From positions 3,887 to 67,886 of the forward strand of contig JBEDUK010000053.1 of the NCBI GenBank assembly GCA_040414485.1: a stretch of 64,000 nucleotides of DNA. The letters run 5' to 3'. This DNA is from Actinomycetota bacterium. GTDB taxonomy: Bacteria; Actinomycetota; UBA4738. Positions 39,598-49,878 of the stretch are shown in pieces (positions within the stretch are counted from its first letter, which is position 1; every line of letters starts with the position of its first letter). The notes under the pieces are model-generated. The model worked only from the letters and a program-made list of their open reading frames with translations. It made no database searches and was not told the DNA's origin. The position numbers and the translations under genes are program-made.

Positions 39598-40833
39598 ATG
39601 GGCACCCCTTCCGCACCACCAACCGAACCACGGTCGTCCGCCCGGCGCGCGACGCGGTCCGCCGCACGCCGGGTAGCCGCCGCGCAACTGATCTCGCTGA
39701 CGGGCTCCGAGGCAGCCTTCACCGCACTGGTCGTCGCCGTCTACCGGCAGACGCACTCGGCGTCGTGGATCTCGGCCGTCCTGCTGGTCGCGTTCTGGAC
39801 CGGCGGACTGTTGACCCCGTTCGCCGGCTCGCTCGGCGACCGGTTCGACCGCCGGCGCGTCGTGATCGCGGCCGACCTGGCCGGCGCGGCGGCGTTCGCG
39901 GCGCTCGCCCTCGCGACGTCGCCGTGGGCGCTGCTGCTCCTCACCTTCCTGGACGCCGCGGCGGCCTCTCCCACGTTCCCGGCGCTCTCCGCGGCCGTGC
40001 CGAACCTTGCCGAGCCCGACGACCTGGCGTGGGCGAACGGCACGATCTCGTTCGGCCACAACGTGGGGCACGTCGCCGGCCCGGCGCTGGGCGGGCTGAT
40101 CGCGGCCACCGCCGGACCGACCGCGGTGTTCCTGGGCAATGCCGTGACGTTCGTGATCTCCGCCGCGCTCGTCGCGTCCGTTCACTCGCGGTTCTCCGCC
40201 GAGCGTGACCAGGGCGCGGCCGACGAGCACCCGGGCATCTGGAGCGGCTTCGGGTTCATCGCGCGCGACCGGATCCTGCGGCTGATCGCCGCGGCGTTCA
40301 TACCGTTCGCGATCGCCGTCGGGAGCGTGATGGTGGCCGAACTGCCGCTCGCCACGTCGTTCGGCGTGGGCTCGTTCGGCTTCGGCCTGATCTCCGCGGC
40401 CTTCGGCGCCGGCGCGCTGGTCGGCGCGCTCGCGGCGCGGCGGCTCGACGAGTCGACAGCCCGGCGCGGGATCGTGTTCGGGTCGTTCGTCACGGCTGCA
40501 TTCTTCGGGTCCGTGGCCGGCGCGAACGCGTTCTGGATGGTCCTGGTCGCCATGATCGTGTCGGGGTTCTCTGACGCGATCGTGGACGTGGCCGTCGAAC
40601 TGACCTTCCAGCGGCGCTCGCCGGATGCCGTCCGGACCCGGGTGCTGGCGGGGCTGGAGGGCATCTTCCTGACGGGCCTCGCGGTGTCGTTCCTGTTCGC
40701 CGGTGCGTTCGTGACCGCGTTCGGGCCGAAGGCGGCTTACGCGCTCGCCGGCGCCGGCTGCCTCGTCACGGCCGTCTTGCTCACGCCGTTGCTCCGCGCG
40801 CGCTTCTCCAACCGGGCCGAGGAGCGGCGATAG
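39598..40833 (+). CDS. MFS transporter
   Basis: 12-TM layout with the MFS loop 2-3 motif (GSLGDRFDRRRV). Confidence 0.85.
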   Translation: MGTPSAPPTEPRSSARRATRSAARRVAAAQLISLTGSEAAFTALVVAVYRQTHSASWISAVLLVAFWTGGLLTPFAGSLGDRFDRRRVVIAADLAGAAAFAALALATSPWALLLLTFLDAAAASPTFPALSAAVPNLAEPDDLAWANGTISFGHNVGHVAGPALGGLIAATAGPTAVFLGNAVTFVISAALVASVHSRFSAERDQGAADEHPGIWSGFGFIARDRILRLIAAAFIPFAIAVGSVMVAELPLATSFGVGSFGFGLISAAFGAGALVGALAARRLDESTARRGIVFGSFVTAAFFGSVAGANAFWMVLVAMIVSGFSDAIVDVAVELTFQRRSPDAVRTRVLAGLEGIFLTGLAVSFLFAGAFVTAFGPKAAYALAGAGCLVTAVLLTPLLRARFSNRAEERR

Positions 40834-40878
40834 GATGATGCGGCGGTTGGGGCCGTCCGGATCGCGGATCCGGCCGGC

Positions 40879-42753
40879 GTGAGTCCGAACGCCCGAGCGC
40901 CGAACGCGAGGTTGCAGCCCGTGGCAGTCATCGAGCACGAGATCGCCGGCCGGTACCGGATCGTGGGCCGGGTCGCCGCCGGCGGCATGGGCGAGGTCTT
41001 TCGAGCCGACGACGCCGTGCTGGGCCGCGAGGTCGCCATCAAGGTGCTGCATCCCCAGTACGCCGGCGATCGCGGCTTCGTGGAACGCTTCCGTCGCGAG
41101 GCGCGCGCCGCGGCGGTCCTGAACCACCCCAACATCGTCGGCGTCTACGACTGGGGCGTGACCGAGAACACGTACTTCATGGTCATGGAGTTCGTCCGGG
41201 GGCACAGCCTCCGGACGATCCTGTCCCGCAACGGCCCGCTCGAGCCGACGCAGGTCGCCGAGGCGTGCTCCCAGGTGCTGTCGGCCCTCGATCACGCGCA
41301 CGGCCACGGGATCGTCCACCGGGACATCAAGCCCGAGAACATCCTGGTCACGTCGGACGGCCTGGTGAAGGTGGCGGACTTCGGCCTCGCTCGGGCGTTC
41401 GCCGACTCGACGGTCAGCCAGGTGGAGGGCACCGTCACGGGCACCGTCCAGTACCTGGCGCCGGAGCAGATCGAGGGGCGGCCGACCGACCCGCGCACGG
41501 ACCTGTATGCAACCGGCATCGTGATGTTCGAACTGCTCACGGGGTCGGCGCCGTACAGCGGCGAAACGTCGGTGGCGATCGCGTACCGGCACCTGAACGA
41601 CCGTGTGCCGCCGCCGTCGGCACGCATGGCGACCGTGCCGCAGGAGTTCGATGCCCTGGTGCTGCACGCGACCGAGAAGGACCCGAAGGACCGCCCGCAG
41701 TCGGCGCGCGGCATGCGCGAGGAACTGATGACGGCGTCGCGAACGGCCCGGCCTGCGCCGCGACTGGCCGACATCGCGCGGCAGATCCCGGCAGCCGAAC
41801 TGCAGCCGGTCCAGCGGGCGCCGACCGTGACGATCCCGCGCGCGTATTCGCGGAAGGTTCGCCGGCGCAAGCGCATCGTTCGAGCGGCGGTGATCCTGGT
41901 CACGGTGATGGCGCTCTCGGCCGGCGCCTGGGCGGCCTGGGTGTACGCCGTCCCTCACTACACGCACGTCCCGCACGGCCTGGCCGGACTCACGCCCGCG
42001 CAGGTCACGGCGAAGCTCCAGGCGGCGGGACTCGAGGGCAGACGGGTCGAGCCCGAGCCCTCGTTGACGGTGGCCTCCAACCTGCTGATCCGCACGATCC
42101 CTGAAGAGGGCCTCAAGCTCCGCAAGGGACAGACGATCGACCTGGTCTACTCCTCCGGCCTGGCGAACGTGCCCGTGGCGGACGTCACGGGGAAGACGCA
42201 GGCGGCGGCCACGAGCACGTTGAAGCAGCAGCACTTCGACGTCGCGGTCCGGAAGGAGTACGACGACGCGGTGAAGGCAGGGATCGTGATCTCCCAGGAC
42301 CCGCTGCCGCACAAACCGCTGCAGTGGAAGCAGACCGTCACGATCGTGGTCAGCCGGGGGCCGAGACCGATCACGCTCGACGACTACTCCGGCCAGTCGT
42401 ACGGCGCGGTGAAGGCCGCGCTGCGCAACCTGGGCCTGACCTCGACCGTGGGCTACGACTACTCCACCTCCGTCCAGGCGGGCGACGTGATCTCGACGAA
42501 CCCGCCCGCGGGGAGCGTGCTGCACCGCGGCGACACGGTCGCGGTGCTCGTCTCACTGGGACCGAAGACCTTCCCCATGCCGAGCGTCATCGGCCTGCCG
42601 AAGGACCAGGCGGTGAGCGAACTCGAGGCCGACGGGTTGAAGGTGGTTGTCATCCAGATCCCGGGCAGTTCCGGCACCACCGTGGTGAGCCAGCTCCCCG
42701 CTCCCAACATGACCGTCGAGCAGGGCACCACGGTTCGCATCTACCTCGCCTGA
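40879..42753 (+). CDS. Ser/Thr protein kinase with C-terminal PASTA repeats (PknB-like)
   Basis: HRDIKPENILV and DFGLARA kinase motifs, a TM segment, then about four PASTA units. Confidence 0.85.
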   Translation: MSPNARAPNARLQPVAVIEHEIAGRYRIVGRVAAGGMGEVFRADDAVLGREVAIKVLHPQYAGDRGFVERFRREARAAAVLNHPNIVGVYDWGVTENTYFMVMEFVRGHSLRTILSRNGPLEPTQVAEACSQVLSALDHAHGHGIVHRDIKPENILVTSDGLVKVADFGLARAFADSTVSQVEGTVTGTVQYLAPEQIEGRPTDPRTDLYATGIVMFELLTGSAPYSGETSVAIAYRHLNDRVPPPSARMATVPQEFDALVLHATEKDPKDRPQSARGMREELMTASRTARPAPRLADIARQIPAAELQPVQRAPTVTIPRAYSRKVRRRKRIVRAAVILVTVMALSAGAWAAWVYAVPHYTHVPHGLAGLTPAQVTAKLQAAGLEGRRVEPEPSLTVASNLLIRTIPEEGLKLRKGQTIDLVYSSGLANVPVADVTGKTQAAATSTLKQQHFDVAVRKEYDDAVKAGIVISQDPLPHKPLQWKQTVTIVVSRGPRPITLDDYSGQSYGAVKAALRNLGLTSTVGYDYSTSVQAGDVISTNPPAGSVLHRGDTVAVLVSLGPKTFPMPSVIGLPKDQAVSELEADGLKVVVIQIPGSSGTTVVSQLPAPNMTVEQGTTVRIYLA

Positions 42754-42803
42754 GCGCCCCGTCATGGTCTGACCGGCCGGTCGGGGAAGCTTCGAACCCG
42801 CTG

Positions 42804-43697
42804 ATGTTGATCGGCGCGCACGTCACGACCGGCGGCCGCGGACTCACCGGCGTGATCGACAACGCGCGCCGGGCGGGGGCCGAGGCGGTGCAGGCCTGGG
42901 GCTCGAACCCGCGGGCATGGGCGCTCCCCAGGATCGACCGGGCGCGCGAGGCGGCGTTCGTCGAAGCGTGGCAGACGTCCGGTCTCCGCGCGTTGTTCCT
43001 GCACTCCCCCTACATGGTCAACGTGGCCTCGCCCGACGACCGCTTCCGACGGCGGTCGGTCGAGCTGGCCAGGGCGACCGTGGCGCTTGCCGAACGGATC
43101 GGAGCGGACGGCGTCGTGGTGCACGCCGGCGCCGGTGGCGCGGCGACGCCCGCCGAGGCGCGGGTCGAGCGCGCCGCGAACTCGCTGGCGGCGATCGCGG
43201 CCGACGCGGACCGATCCCGCGTGCTGATCGAGCTCATGGCCGGGACCGCCGGAGCGGTCGCGTCGACGTTCGGGGAGGCGCGAATGCTCTTCGATGCCTG
43301 CGTCGATGCGACGGGCCGTTCCCGCGGCCGGAGGTTCGGGCTGTGCCTGGACACCTGTCATCTCTTCGCGGCGGGATACGCCCTGGACACGCCGGACGGG
43401 GTCCGTGAGGCGTTCGCCGAGCTCCGCCGCGTGCGCCTGACGAGCCGGCTGCGTCTGGTGCACGCGAACGACTCCCGGTACCCGCGCGCGGCCCGACGGG
43501 ACGCGCATACGAACATCGGCGCAGGCCACATCGGCGAACCCGGATTCGCAGCCATCCTCACCGACCCGTCGGTGCGGCGCGCGTCGGTCGTCTGCGAGAC
43601 ACCGGGCACGCGCGAGGACACGGCGAGGGACGTCGCGACGCTCCGCCGTCTGGCAGGCCTGGGCAACATGCCCGACGTGGGGCCGCCCGGGCGATGA
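42804..43697 (+). CDS. nfo: deoxyribonuclease IV / AP endonuclease family 2
   Basis: MLIGAHVTTGG…HAGAGG…TCHLFAAGY is the TIM-barrel Nfo pattern. Confidence 0.8.
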   Translation: MLIGAHVTTGGRGLTGVIDNARRAGAEAVQAWGSNPRAWALPRIDRAREAAFVEAWQTSGLRALFLHSPYMVNVASPDDRFRRRSVELARATVALAERIGADGVVVHAGAGGAATPAEARVERAANSLAAIAADADRSRVLIELMAGTAGAVASTFGEARMLFDACVDATGRSRGRRFGLCLDTCHLFAAGYALDTPDGVREAFAELRRVRLTSRLRLVHANDSRYPRAARRDAHTNIGAGHIGEPGFAAILTDPSVRRASVVCETPGTREDTARDVATLRRLAGLGNMPDVGPPGR

Positions 43698-43750
43698 AAC
43701 TGCTGGTACCGTCGGGAACGTCTGGTCGGCAACAGGGGGAAGGGGACGGA

Positions 43751-44980
43751 ATGGGCGTGCATCCGGTCGGTGCCGGCGGCGTCGTTCGAAGGTCAATGAT
43801 GGCGGCGTGCGCGGCTGCGCTGTGCATCGGATTGGCCGGGGCCGCTCCCCTGGCCGCGTCGGCCGCGCCGGCCGCACCAGCCCGGTCGGCGGCGGCGTGC
43901 GGGACGACGTTCTCCGTCGTCACGGTGCCGAACCCCGGTTCGATGTCCAATGAACTCCACGATGTCGTCTCGATCGCGACCACCGACGTCTGGGCGGTCG
44001 GGTACCGCATCGACGGTTCGAATCCTCCGGCCACGACCACCGTGCATGACGACGGGACCGGGTGGACGCTCGTCCCGAGCGTCGACGGGGGCTCGCCCAA
44101 GAACGGCCAGCTCTTCAGCGTGGACGCGACCTCGAGCACCGATGTCTGGGCCGCGGGCTCGTACACGAACGCGACGGGCTTCCAGCAGACGCTGATCGAG
44201 CGCTGGGACGGCGGGGCGTGGGCACGCGTTCAGAGCCCCGGCAACGGCACGCCGAAGAACGGCTCGCTGGGCGGCATCGATGCCCGCACCACGACCGACG
44301 CCTGGGCGGTCGGCTCCTACGTCAACAAGCACGGGATCCAGCTGACGCTCGCCCTTCGCTGGGATGGGCACGCGTGGAGCGTCGTCCCCACGCCCAACCC
44401 GGCGCCCGCCGGCGCGCCGAAGAACGGCGGGCTCGGGTCCGTCTACGCCCTGAGCGACACGAACGTGTGGGCGGTGGGCTCCTATCTCGACGCCGATGCG
44501 CTCAGCCAGCCGCTCGTCGAGCACTGGAACGGCACGGCGTGGTCCGTCGTCAAGACGCCGGACCTCGGCGCCGACGAGGCTGCGCTCACGGACGTGACCG
44601 CGCTCTCCTCGAGCGCGGTCTGGGCGGTCGGGTTCCGCGACACGCTCACCCTGGTCGAACGGTGGGACGGCGCGAAGTGGAGCGTCGTGGACAGCCCCAC
44701 GCCGGGCGCCCACCACAACGCGAACCTCTCCGGGATCACCGCGATCCGCGCGGGCGACCTCTGGGCCGCCGGCGCCTACGTCACCGACCAGCCGTCATTG
44801 GGCACGCTGGTCGAGCACTGGAACGGGTCGAAGTGGACCGTGTCGTCGAGCGGAAACGCGACGGGCGACGACAGCCTGTCGGCCATCGACGGCAACGGAA
44901 CCGAGGTCTGGGCCGTGGGCGACGTGTTCCCACCGACCGGCGCGGAGAAGAACCTCGCCCTCCATCGCTGCCCCGGCTAG
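43751..44980 (+). CDS. secreted beta-propeller-like repeat protein
   Basis: Signal peptide, then at least seven ~48-aa repeats (…DVWAVG…TLIERWDGxxWxxVxSPxxGxxKNGxL…). Confidence 0.7.
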   Translation: MGVHPVGAGGVVRRSMMAACAAALCIGLAGAAPLAASAAPAAPARSAAACGTTFSVVTVPNPGSMSNELHDVVSIATTDVWAVGYRIDGSNPPATTTVHDDGTGWTLVPSVDGGSPKNGQLFSVDATSSTDVWAAGSYTNATGFQQTLIERWDGGAWARVQSPGNGTPKNGSLGGIDARTTTDAWAVGSYVNKHGIQLTLALRWDGHAWSVVPTPNPAPAGAPKNGGLGSVYALSDTNVWAVGSYLDADALSQPLVEHWNGTAWSVVKTPDLGADEAALTDVTALSSSAVWAVGFRDTLTLVERWDGAKWSVVDSPTPGAHHNANLSGITAIRAGDLWAAGAYVTDQPSLGTLVEHWNGSKWTVSSSGNATGDDSLSAIDGNGTEVWAVGDVFPPTGAEKNLALHRCPG

Positions 44981-45000
44981 GCCGGGCTTCGCCTAGGGGT

Positions 45001-45627
45001 CTAGGGTTCGGACTCGGCGTCCCGCGTCTCCTGGTAGGAGTACCGCTCCTCGCGCCACGGGTCCGCGTGCACGTGGTACCCGCGCACCTCCCAAAACCCG
45101 CGGACGTTCCGGTCGACGAACTCCAGCCCGCGCAGCCACTTCGCGCTCTTCCACGCGTAGCGCTTCGGCACGACCAGCCGAAGGGGGAACCCGTGCTGCG
45201 GCTCCAGCGGCTCCCCGCCGTGCGCCCACGCCACCAGCACGTCGTCGTCCATCATCGCCTGCAGGGACAGCTCGCTCGTGTAGCTGTATTCGCACCGCGC
45301 CGTCACCCAGGCCGCGTCGGGCTTCGGCTTCGCACGCTCGGCCAGCACACGGAACGGGATGCCCTCCCATGAGTTGTCGAGCGTGGTCCATCCCGTCACG
45401 CAGTGCATGTCGGCCGTCACGGTCACCGGCCCGAGCGCCTTCAACTCCTCGTAGGTCAGCGTGAACGGGTTCTCGACCAGGCCGCTCACCTCGAGCGTCC
45501 AGTCCGAACCGTCGCTCCGCGGGATCGGGCCGTAGTGCAGCACCGGCCATCCCTTCACGAGCCGGTTGCCGGGCGGCACGCGCCGCGCGATCTCCTCCGG
45601 GTACCGCGGGCCGCCGAAGATCTTCAT
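45001..45627 (-). CDS. sulfite-oxidase-family molybdopterin-binding oxidoreductase (Mo domain only, about 208 aa)
   Basis: PQHGFPLRLVVPKRYAWKSAKWLRGLEFVD. Confidence 0.8.
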   Translation of the reverse strand: MKIFGGPRYPEEIARRVPPGNRLVKGWPVLHYGPIPRSDGSDWTLEVSGLVENPFTLTYEELKALGPVTVTADMHCVTGWTTLDNSWEGIPFRVLAERAKPKPDAAWVTARCEYSYTSELSLQAMMDDDVLVAWAHGGEPLEPQHGFPLRLVVPKRYAWKSAKWLRGLEFVDRNVRGFWEVRGYHVHADPWREERYSYQETRDAESEP

Positions 45628-45630
45628 GCC

Positions 45631-46692
45631 TCAGGCCGACGCTGCCGCCGGCATGGACGCCGACAGCCGGCGCCACACCGCGATCGTCTCCTCCACGTCC
45701 TCGCGCGTGACGTCGCGGTGGGTGACCAGACGGACCTTGCCCGCTTCGGCGTTCGAGAGCACGCCCTCGGCCTTGAATCGACCGACGACCTCCCATGGAG
45801 CCAGGCCGAATTCCCGCACGTCGATGAACACCATGTTCGTCTCGACCTCGTCCGGGTCGACGGTGCCCGGCGACGCCTCCGCGATCCCCTCCGCCAGGCG
45901 CCGCGCGTTCTCGTGGTCCTCGTGGAGGCGCTTCGGCCCCTCGTCCAGGGCGACCATGCCCGCCGCGGCAAGGATGCCCGCCTGCCGCCATGCGCCGCCG
46001 AACAGGATCTTCGTCTTGCGGGCCTCGCGGATGAACGGCGCGGGGCCGCACAGAACCGAACCGACGGGCGCGCCCAGGCCCTTCGACAGGCAGAACATCA
46101 GGGTGTCCACCTCGGCCGCGTACTCGTGAACGGGCACACCGGAGGCCACGCTCGCGTTGAAGATGCGCGCGCCGTCCAGGTGCACGGCGAGCCCGCCGTC
46201 CCGTCCGGCCTTGGCGACCGCGCGGAGATCATCGATGGGCCACACGGATCCACCGCCCGCGTTGTGGGTGTTCTCCAGCGAGAGGAGGTCGAACCCGATC
46301 GCGTCCAGCGGATCCGGCGCCAGCGCCTCGTGCACCTGCTCGACGGTGATCACGCCGCGTGGCGCCGGGAGCGCCATCGGCGCGATGCCGGAGAGCGCCG
46401 CCGACGAATGCACCTCCGTCGAGCCGACGTGCGAATGCTCCGCGCAGAGCACGAAGTGTCCCGACCGCACGTGCTGGTGCAGGGCGATCTGGTTCGCCAT
46501 GGTTCCGGTGGGCACGAAGACCGCGGCGTCCTTGCCCGTGACCTCTGCACAGCGCTCCTGAAGGCGGTTCACCGTCGGATCGTCGCTGTACCAGTCGTCG
46601 CCGACCTCCGCCTCATACATGGCGCGCCGCATCGCCTCGGTGGGCTTCGTGACGGTGTCGGAGCGGAGATCGATCGGTCGGGGGCGATCCAC
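45631..46692 (-). CDS. ltaE: low-specificity L-threonine aldolase
   Basis: [12 protein letters not shown]…[10 protein letters not shown]…[13 protein letters not shown] start. 3-bp gap to the downstream Mo-oxidoreductase gene. Confidence 0.85.
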   Translation of the reverse strand: MDRPRPIDLRSDTVTKPTEAMRRAMYEAEVGDDWYSDDPTVNRLQERCAEVTGKDAAVFVPTGTMANQIALHQHVRSGHFVLCAEHSHVGSTEVHSSAALSGIAPMALPAPRGVITVEQVHEALAPDPLDAIGFDLLSLENTHNAGGGSVWPIDDLRAVAKAGRDGGLAVHLDGARIFNASVASGVPVHEYAAEVDTLMFCLSKGLGAPVGSVLCGPAPFIREARKTKILFGGAWRQAGILAAAGMVALDEGPKRLHEDHENARRLAEGIAEASPGTVDPDEVETNMVFIDVREFGLAPWEVVGRFKAEGVLSNAEAGKVRLVTHRDVTREDVEETIAVWRRLSASMPAAASA

Positions 46693-46716
46693 GGGCGGCG
46701 AGTATAGTCCGGCCTC

Positions 46717-47697
46717 GTGCGGGTCCTGATCGCGGGCACGGGCGGGGTCGGCGGCTATCTCGGCGCCCGGTTGAGTCAGGCCGGCAACCCGGTGACCTTT
46801 TTGGCGCGGGGCCGGACGCTGGAGGCGCTGCGCGCGAACGGGCTCTTCGTTCGAAGCGATCACGGCGACGTTCGCCTGGAGCGGGTGACGGCGATCGAAC
46901 GGGCCGGCGGCGAGGCGGGCGGGGCGAACGGCGGGGCGGCCGACGCGGTCCTGTTCTGCGTGAAGCTGTACGACAACGACGGTGCCGCCGACGCGGCCGC
47001 CGGCGCCGTGGTGCCGGGAACCGTAATCTGTTCGTTCCAGAACGGCGTCGAGAGCGCGCGGTTCCTTCGCGAGCGCTTCCCGGCAGCGACGGTCGTGGGC
47101 GGCGTCGCGCGGATCGAGGCGTGGACCGTGCAGCCCGGTGTGGTCGAGCAGCGTGGGGCCTTCACCAGCCTGACGGTCGGCGCGTTCGACCCTGAACAAC
47201 GCGCGGTCGCCGAGGGGCTCGCGGCAGCCTTCCGAGGATCGCCGACCCAGGTCGACGTGGCCGACGACATCGCCTCCGCGCTGTGGTTCAAGCTGCTGAT
47301 CATCGCCGGGATCGGTGGCGTGACCGCGTACTACCGGTCCACGATCGGCGACGTCCGGTCCGATCCTGATCGGCGCGCGCTCATCGTCAGCGTGTTCGAA
47401 GAGGTCGAAGCCGTCGCCGCCGCGCAGCGCATCGACCTTCCGCCTGACCCGGTCGAGATGATGGTCAACACGGTTGACCAGATGCTGCCGGCGGAGTTCA
47501 TGTCCTCCATGTGCCGGGACGTGCTTGCCGGTCGTCCGCTGGAGGTCGAGGGGATCAACGGGGCCGTCGTGCGCTTCGGGGCCGGATGCGGAATACCGGC
47601 GCCGGCGAACCAGCGGATCGTGGACGAGCTGCTGCCGCTGCATCGGCGCGCGATGGCCTCGCGAGGACGGCCCGCCGCGGACCCGGCTCAGCCGTAA
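46717..47697 (+). CDS. panE: 2-dehydropantoate 2-reductase
   Basis: [19 protein letters not shown] Rossmann N-terminus and the ApbA C-terminal domain. Confidence 0.85.
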   Translation: MRVLIAGTGGVGGYLGARLSQAGNPVTFLARGRTLEALRANGLFVRSDHGDVRLERVTAIERAGGEAGGANGGAADAVLFCVKLYDNDGAADAAAGAVVPGTVICSFQNGVESARFLRERFPAATVVGGVARIEAWTVQPGVVEQRGAFTSLTVGAFDPEQRAVAEGLAAAFRGSPTQVDVADDIASALWFKLLIIAGIGGVTAYYRSTIGDVRSDPDRRALIVSVFEEVEAVAAAQRIDLPPDPVEMMVNTVDQMLPAEFMSSMCRDVLAGRPLEVEGINGAVVRFGAGCGIPAPANQRIVDELLPLHRRAMASRGRPAADPAQP

Positions 47698-49160
47698 TGG
47701 CGGAACGCCGGCCAGATGGCCGGCCACGGCCGACGAAGGCCGGTGCAGATCCAGATGCGGGCGCCGTTCTCGTCGTTGTCCACGCCGTGCGGGCTTCGGA
47801 ACACGGCAGCCAGGCGGACCTGCCTGAAGTACGGCGTGAGGCTCGAAGCCGAGTCCCAGCCGACCACCACGGCGGTGCCGCCCGCCGCGCCCGGCAGCGG
47901 CGGGCCCCACCACCATTCGTTGTTGTGCCCGCTGTACGCGCGCGGCAGCCCCAGCGCGGGACCGTACCGGTCGATCGCGCCAGCCTCGCCGTAGTTCGCC
48001 GTGAGAACGACGGTCCGTCGGCGTTCGGCGTCGGGGAGCGACCGGTACACGCGCGCGACCGTCGCGGTCAGCTGCGGCCAGCCGATGACCTCGCCGAGGT
48101 TGTAGTTCACGGCCTGCAGCGGAACCTTCGCCAACGCCGACGCGGGCAGGATGGGCAGTGACACCGGCAGGCTCAGCGCGCCGAGCACGGAGACCCAGAC
48201 GATCGCGGCGCGCGGCGATCGCCAGATCAGCCTCCGCTTCGCCCGCCGATCAACCAGGAAGCGACGGGTGCCTGCCACCACGTCGCGCGCCACGATCGAG
48301 CCTGCCGCGAACAGCGCGGGGTACAGACCGGCGAGGTAGTAGGGCCGGTCGGCCACGAACACCAGGAGCAGGACGAACAGGGTCAGATAGGCGAGCCCGA
48401 ACGCCCGGTACGCGCGGAACCGGGCGTCGCGGAGGAGCGCGACCAACCCACCGATCCACACCGGCGCGACCCACCACCCGGGCAGGAGCAGCTGGATCGC
48501 GAAGAACGACGCGGCGTATCCGGCACCCGAGTGCTCGCGCTGCAGGTTGCGGGACATCTCGAGCGTCGGCCAGCCACGGGCCGCCTGCCAGGCGAGCGTC
48601 GGCGCCCACATGGCCGCCGCGATCGCCGCCCCGCCCCACAGCCACGGACTGCGGAAGATCCGCGCCTGGCGGTTGACCAGGAACCCGATCGTCAGCCCGC
48701 CGGCCAGGAGGAGGATCGTCTCCTTCGTGAGCAGCGCCAGACCGACCACGACGCCGACGGCGAGCCAGAGGCGGTCGTTCCCGGTTCGGACGATGCGGAT
48801 GATCAACCAGGAGACGAAGGTCCACGCCGTGATGTCGTAGATCGTCGGGCCCGCCAGGTGGCCGGCGACCAGGAACGGGCTCACCGCCAGCGCGAGCGCC
48901 GCGAGGCCTTGCGGGAACCGCCCACCCCCGAGCTCCCTCGCGATCAGCGCGGCGCCGAACACCGCGGCGCCGTCGGCGAGTGCCGGGAACAGGCGAAGAC
49001 CGTACAACGATGTCCCGAACAGCACCCTGGAGAGCCAGACGAACGCGATGGACCCCGGCGGCTGGTCGACGTAGCCCCACTGCATGTGGTGGGACGCGTC
49101 CAGGAAGTACAGCTCGTCACGGTGGTAGCCCGAGGCGCCGACGGCGAGCAGGATCGCCAC
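47688..49160 (-). CDS. GT39/ArnT-like glycosyltransferase (GT-C, DE motif)
   Basis: YHRDELYFLD near the N-terminus. Multi-TM. The N-terminus looks short, so the gene may be truncated or use an upstream alternative start. Confidence 0.7.
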   Translation of the reverse strand: MAILLAVGASGYHRDELYFLDASHHMQWGYVDQPPGSIAFVWLSRVLFGTSLYGLRLFPALADGAAVFGAALIARELGGGRFPQGLAALALAVSPFLVAGHLAGPTIYDITAWTFVSWLIIRIVRTGNDRLWLAVGVVVGLALLTKETILLLAGGLTIGFLVNRQARIFRSPWLWGGAAIAAAMWAPTLAWQAARGWPTLEMSRNLQREHSGAGYAASFFAIQLLLPGWWVAPVWIGGLVALLRDARFRAYRAFGLAYLTLFVLLLVFVADRPYYLAGLYPALFAAGSIVARDVVAGTRRFLVDRRAKRRLIWRSPRAAIVWVSVLGALSLPVSLPILPASALAKVPLQAVNYNLGEVIGWPQLTATVARVYRSLPDAERRRTVVLTANYGEAGAIDRYGPALGLPRAYSGHNNEWWWGPPLPGAAGGTAVVVGWDSASSLTPYFRQVRLAAVFRSPHGVDNDENGARIWICTGLRRPWPAIWPAFRHYG

Positions 49161-49288
49161 CGCGAGCAGTGCGAGCCCGCCGGCCTGCGCCGCCCGGAAC
49201 GGCGGAAGCGGCCCGGCGCACTCGTTCGTTCGCCGGTCGTCCTGCCTGCTCCGGACCCGCGTGCCGCCCGTGTCGACCTTGGATTCGC

Positions 49289-49774
49289 CTACAGCGCCGC
49301 CGTGCCGGTCACCTGTGCCTGCGTCACCGGGGTGAACACGCAGTCGCCCGACAGGATCTTGAACGACACGTTGTTCACGGAGATGTCCTCACCGGCGAAC
49401 TTCCCCGAGACGACCGAGCCCGACAGGGTCTGGTTCCCGAGGTCGACCGTGAGGCTCACCTTCGACCTCTCGCCGGTGTTCCACCTGAGCTTCAGCGTGA
49501 CCGTCCCCGTGCCGCTGGTGCAGCTCAGATTCCCGCCGCCGCCGCCCTTGACCTTCGCCTTCGTCACGCCGCCGCCGTTGCAGTGGGTGAGCTTGCCCTT
49601 CGCCGTGATCGCCTGCTGCGACTGCGTCAGCGTGAGGCCCGGGTCGAAGTTGACGATCGTGCTCAGCCTGCACGTGGTGGACTGGGCGCTGGTCCCGGCC
49701 TGTGCGGCGGGTCCGGCAAGCGCCACGGTGAGCATCATGCCGGCGATCAGGCCGCCGGCGAGGACCTTGCGCAT
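49289..49774 (-). CDS. secreted hypothetical protein (about 160 aa), Gly/Thr/Ser-rich, 3 Cys
   Basis: Signal peptide MRKVLAGGLIAGMMLTVALAGPAAQA. GC3 bias. Confidence 0.55.
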   Translation of the reverse strand: MRKVLAGGLIAGMMLTVALAGPAAQAGTSAQSTTCRLSTIVNFDPGLTLTQSQQAITAKGKLTHCNGGGVTKAKVKGGGGGNLSCTSGTGTVTLKLRWNTGERSKVSLTVDLGNQTLSGSVVSGKFAGEDISVNNVSFKILSGDCVFTPVTQAQVTGTAAL

Positions 49775-49878
49775 GATGGTTCCCCCTCTCAGGTTGCCGA
49801 GTATGGCGGTTGACGGACGCGGAACGCGCATACGTCTATCACGCGCGGCCCGACAGCGCGAACCGCCGGCCTTGCCGG

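Noticed and set aside
39460-42525. 1021-aa ORF antisense to the MFS transporter and PknB-like kinase
   Set aside because: A long open frame typical of 70%+ GC DNA. Both sense genes carry strong family motifs.
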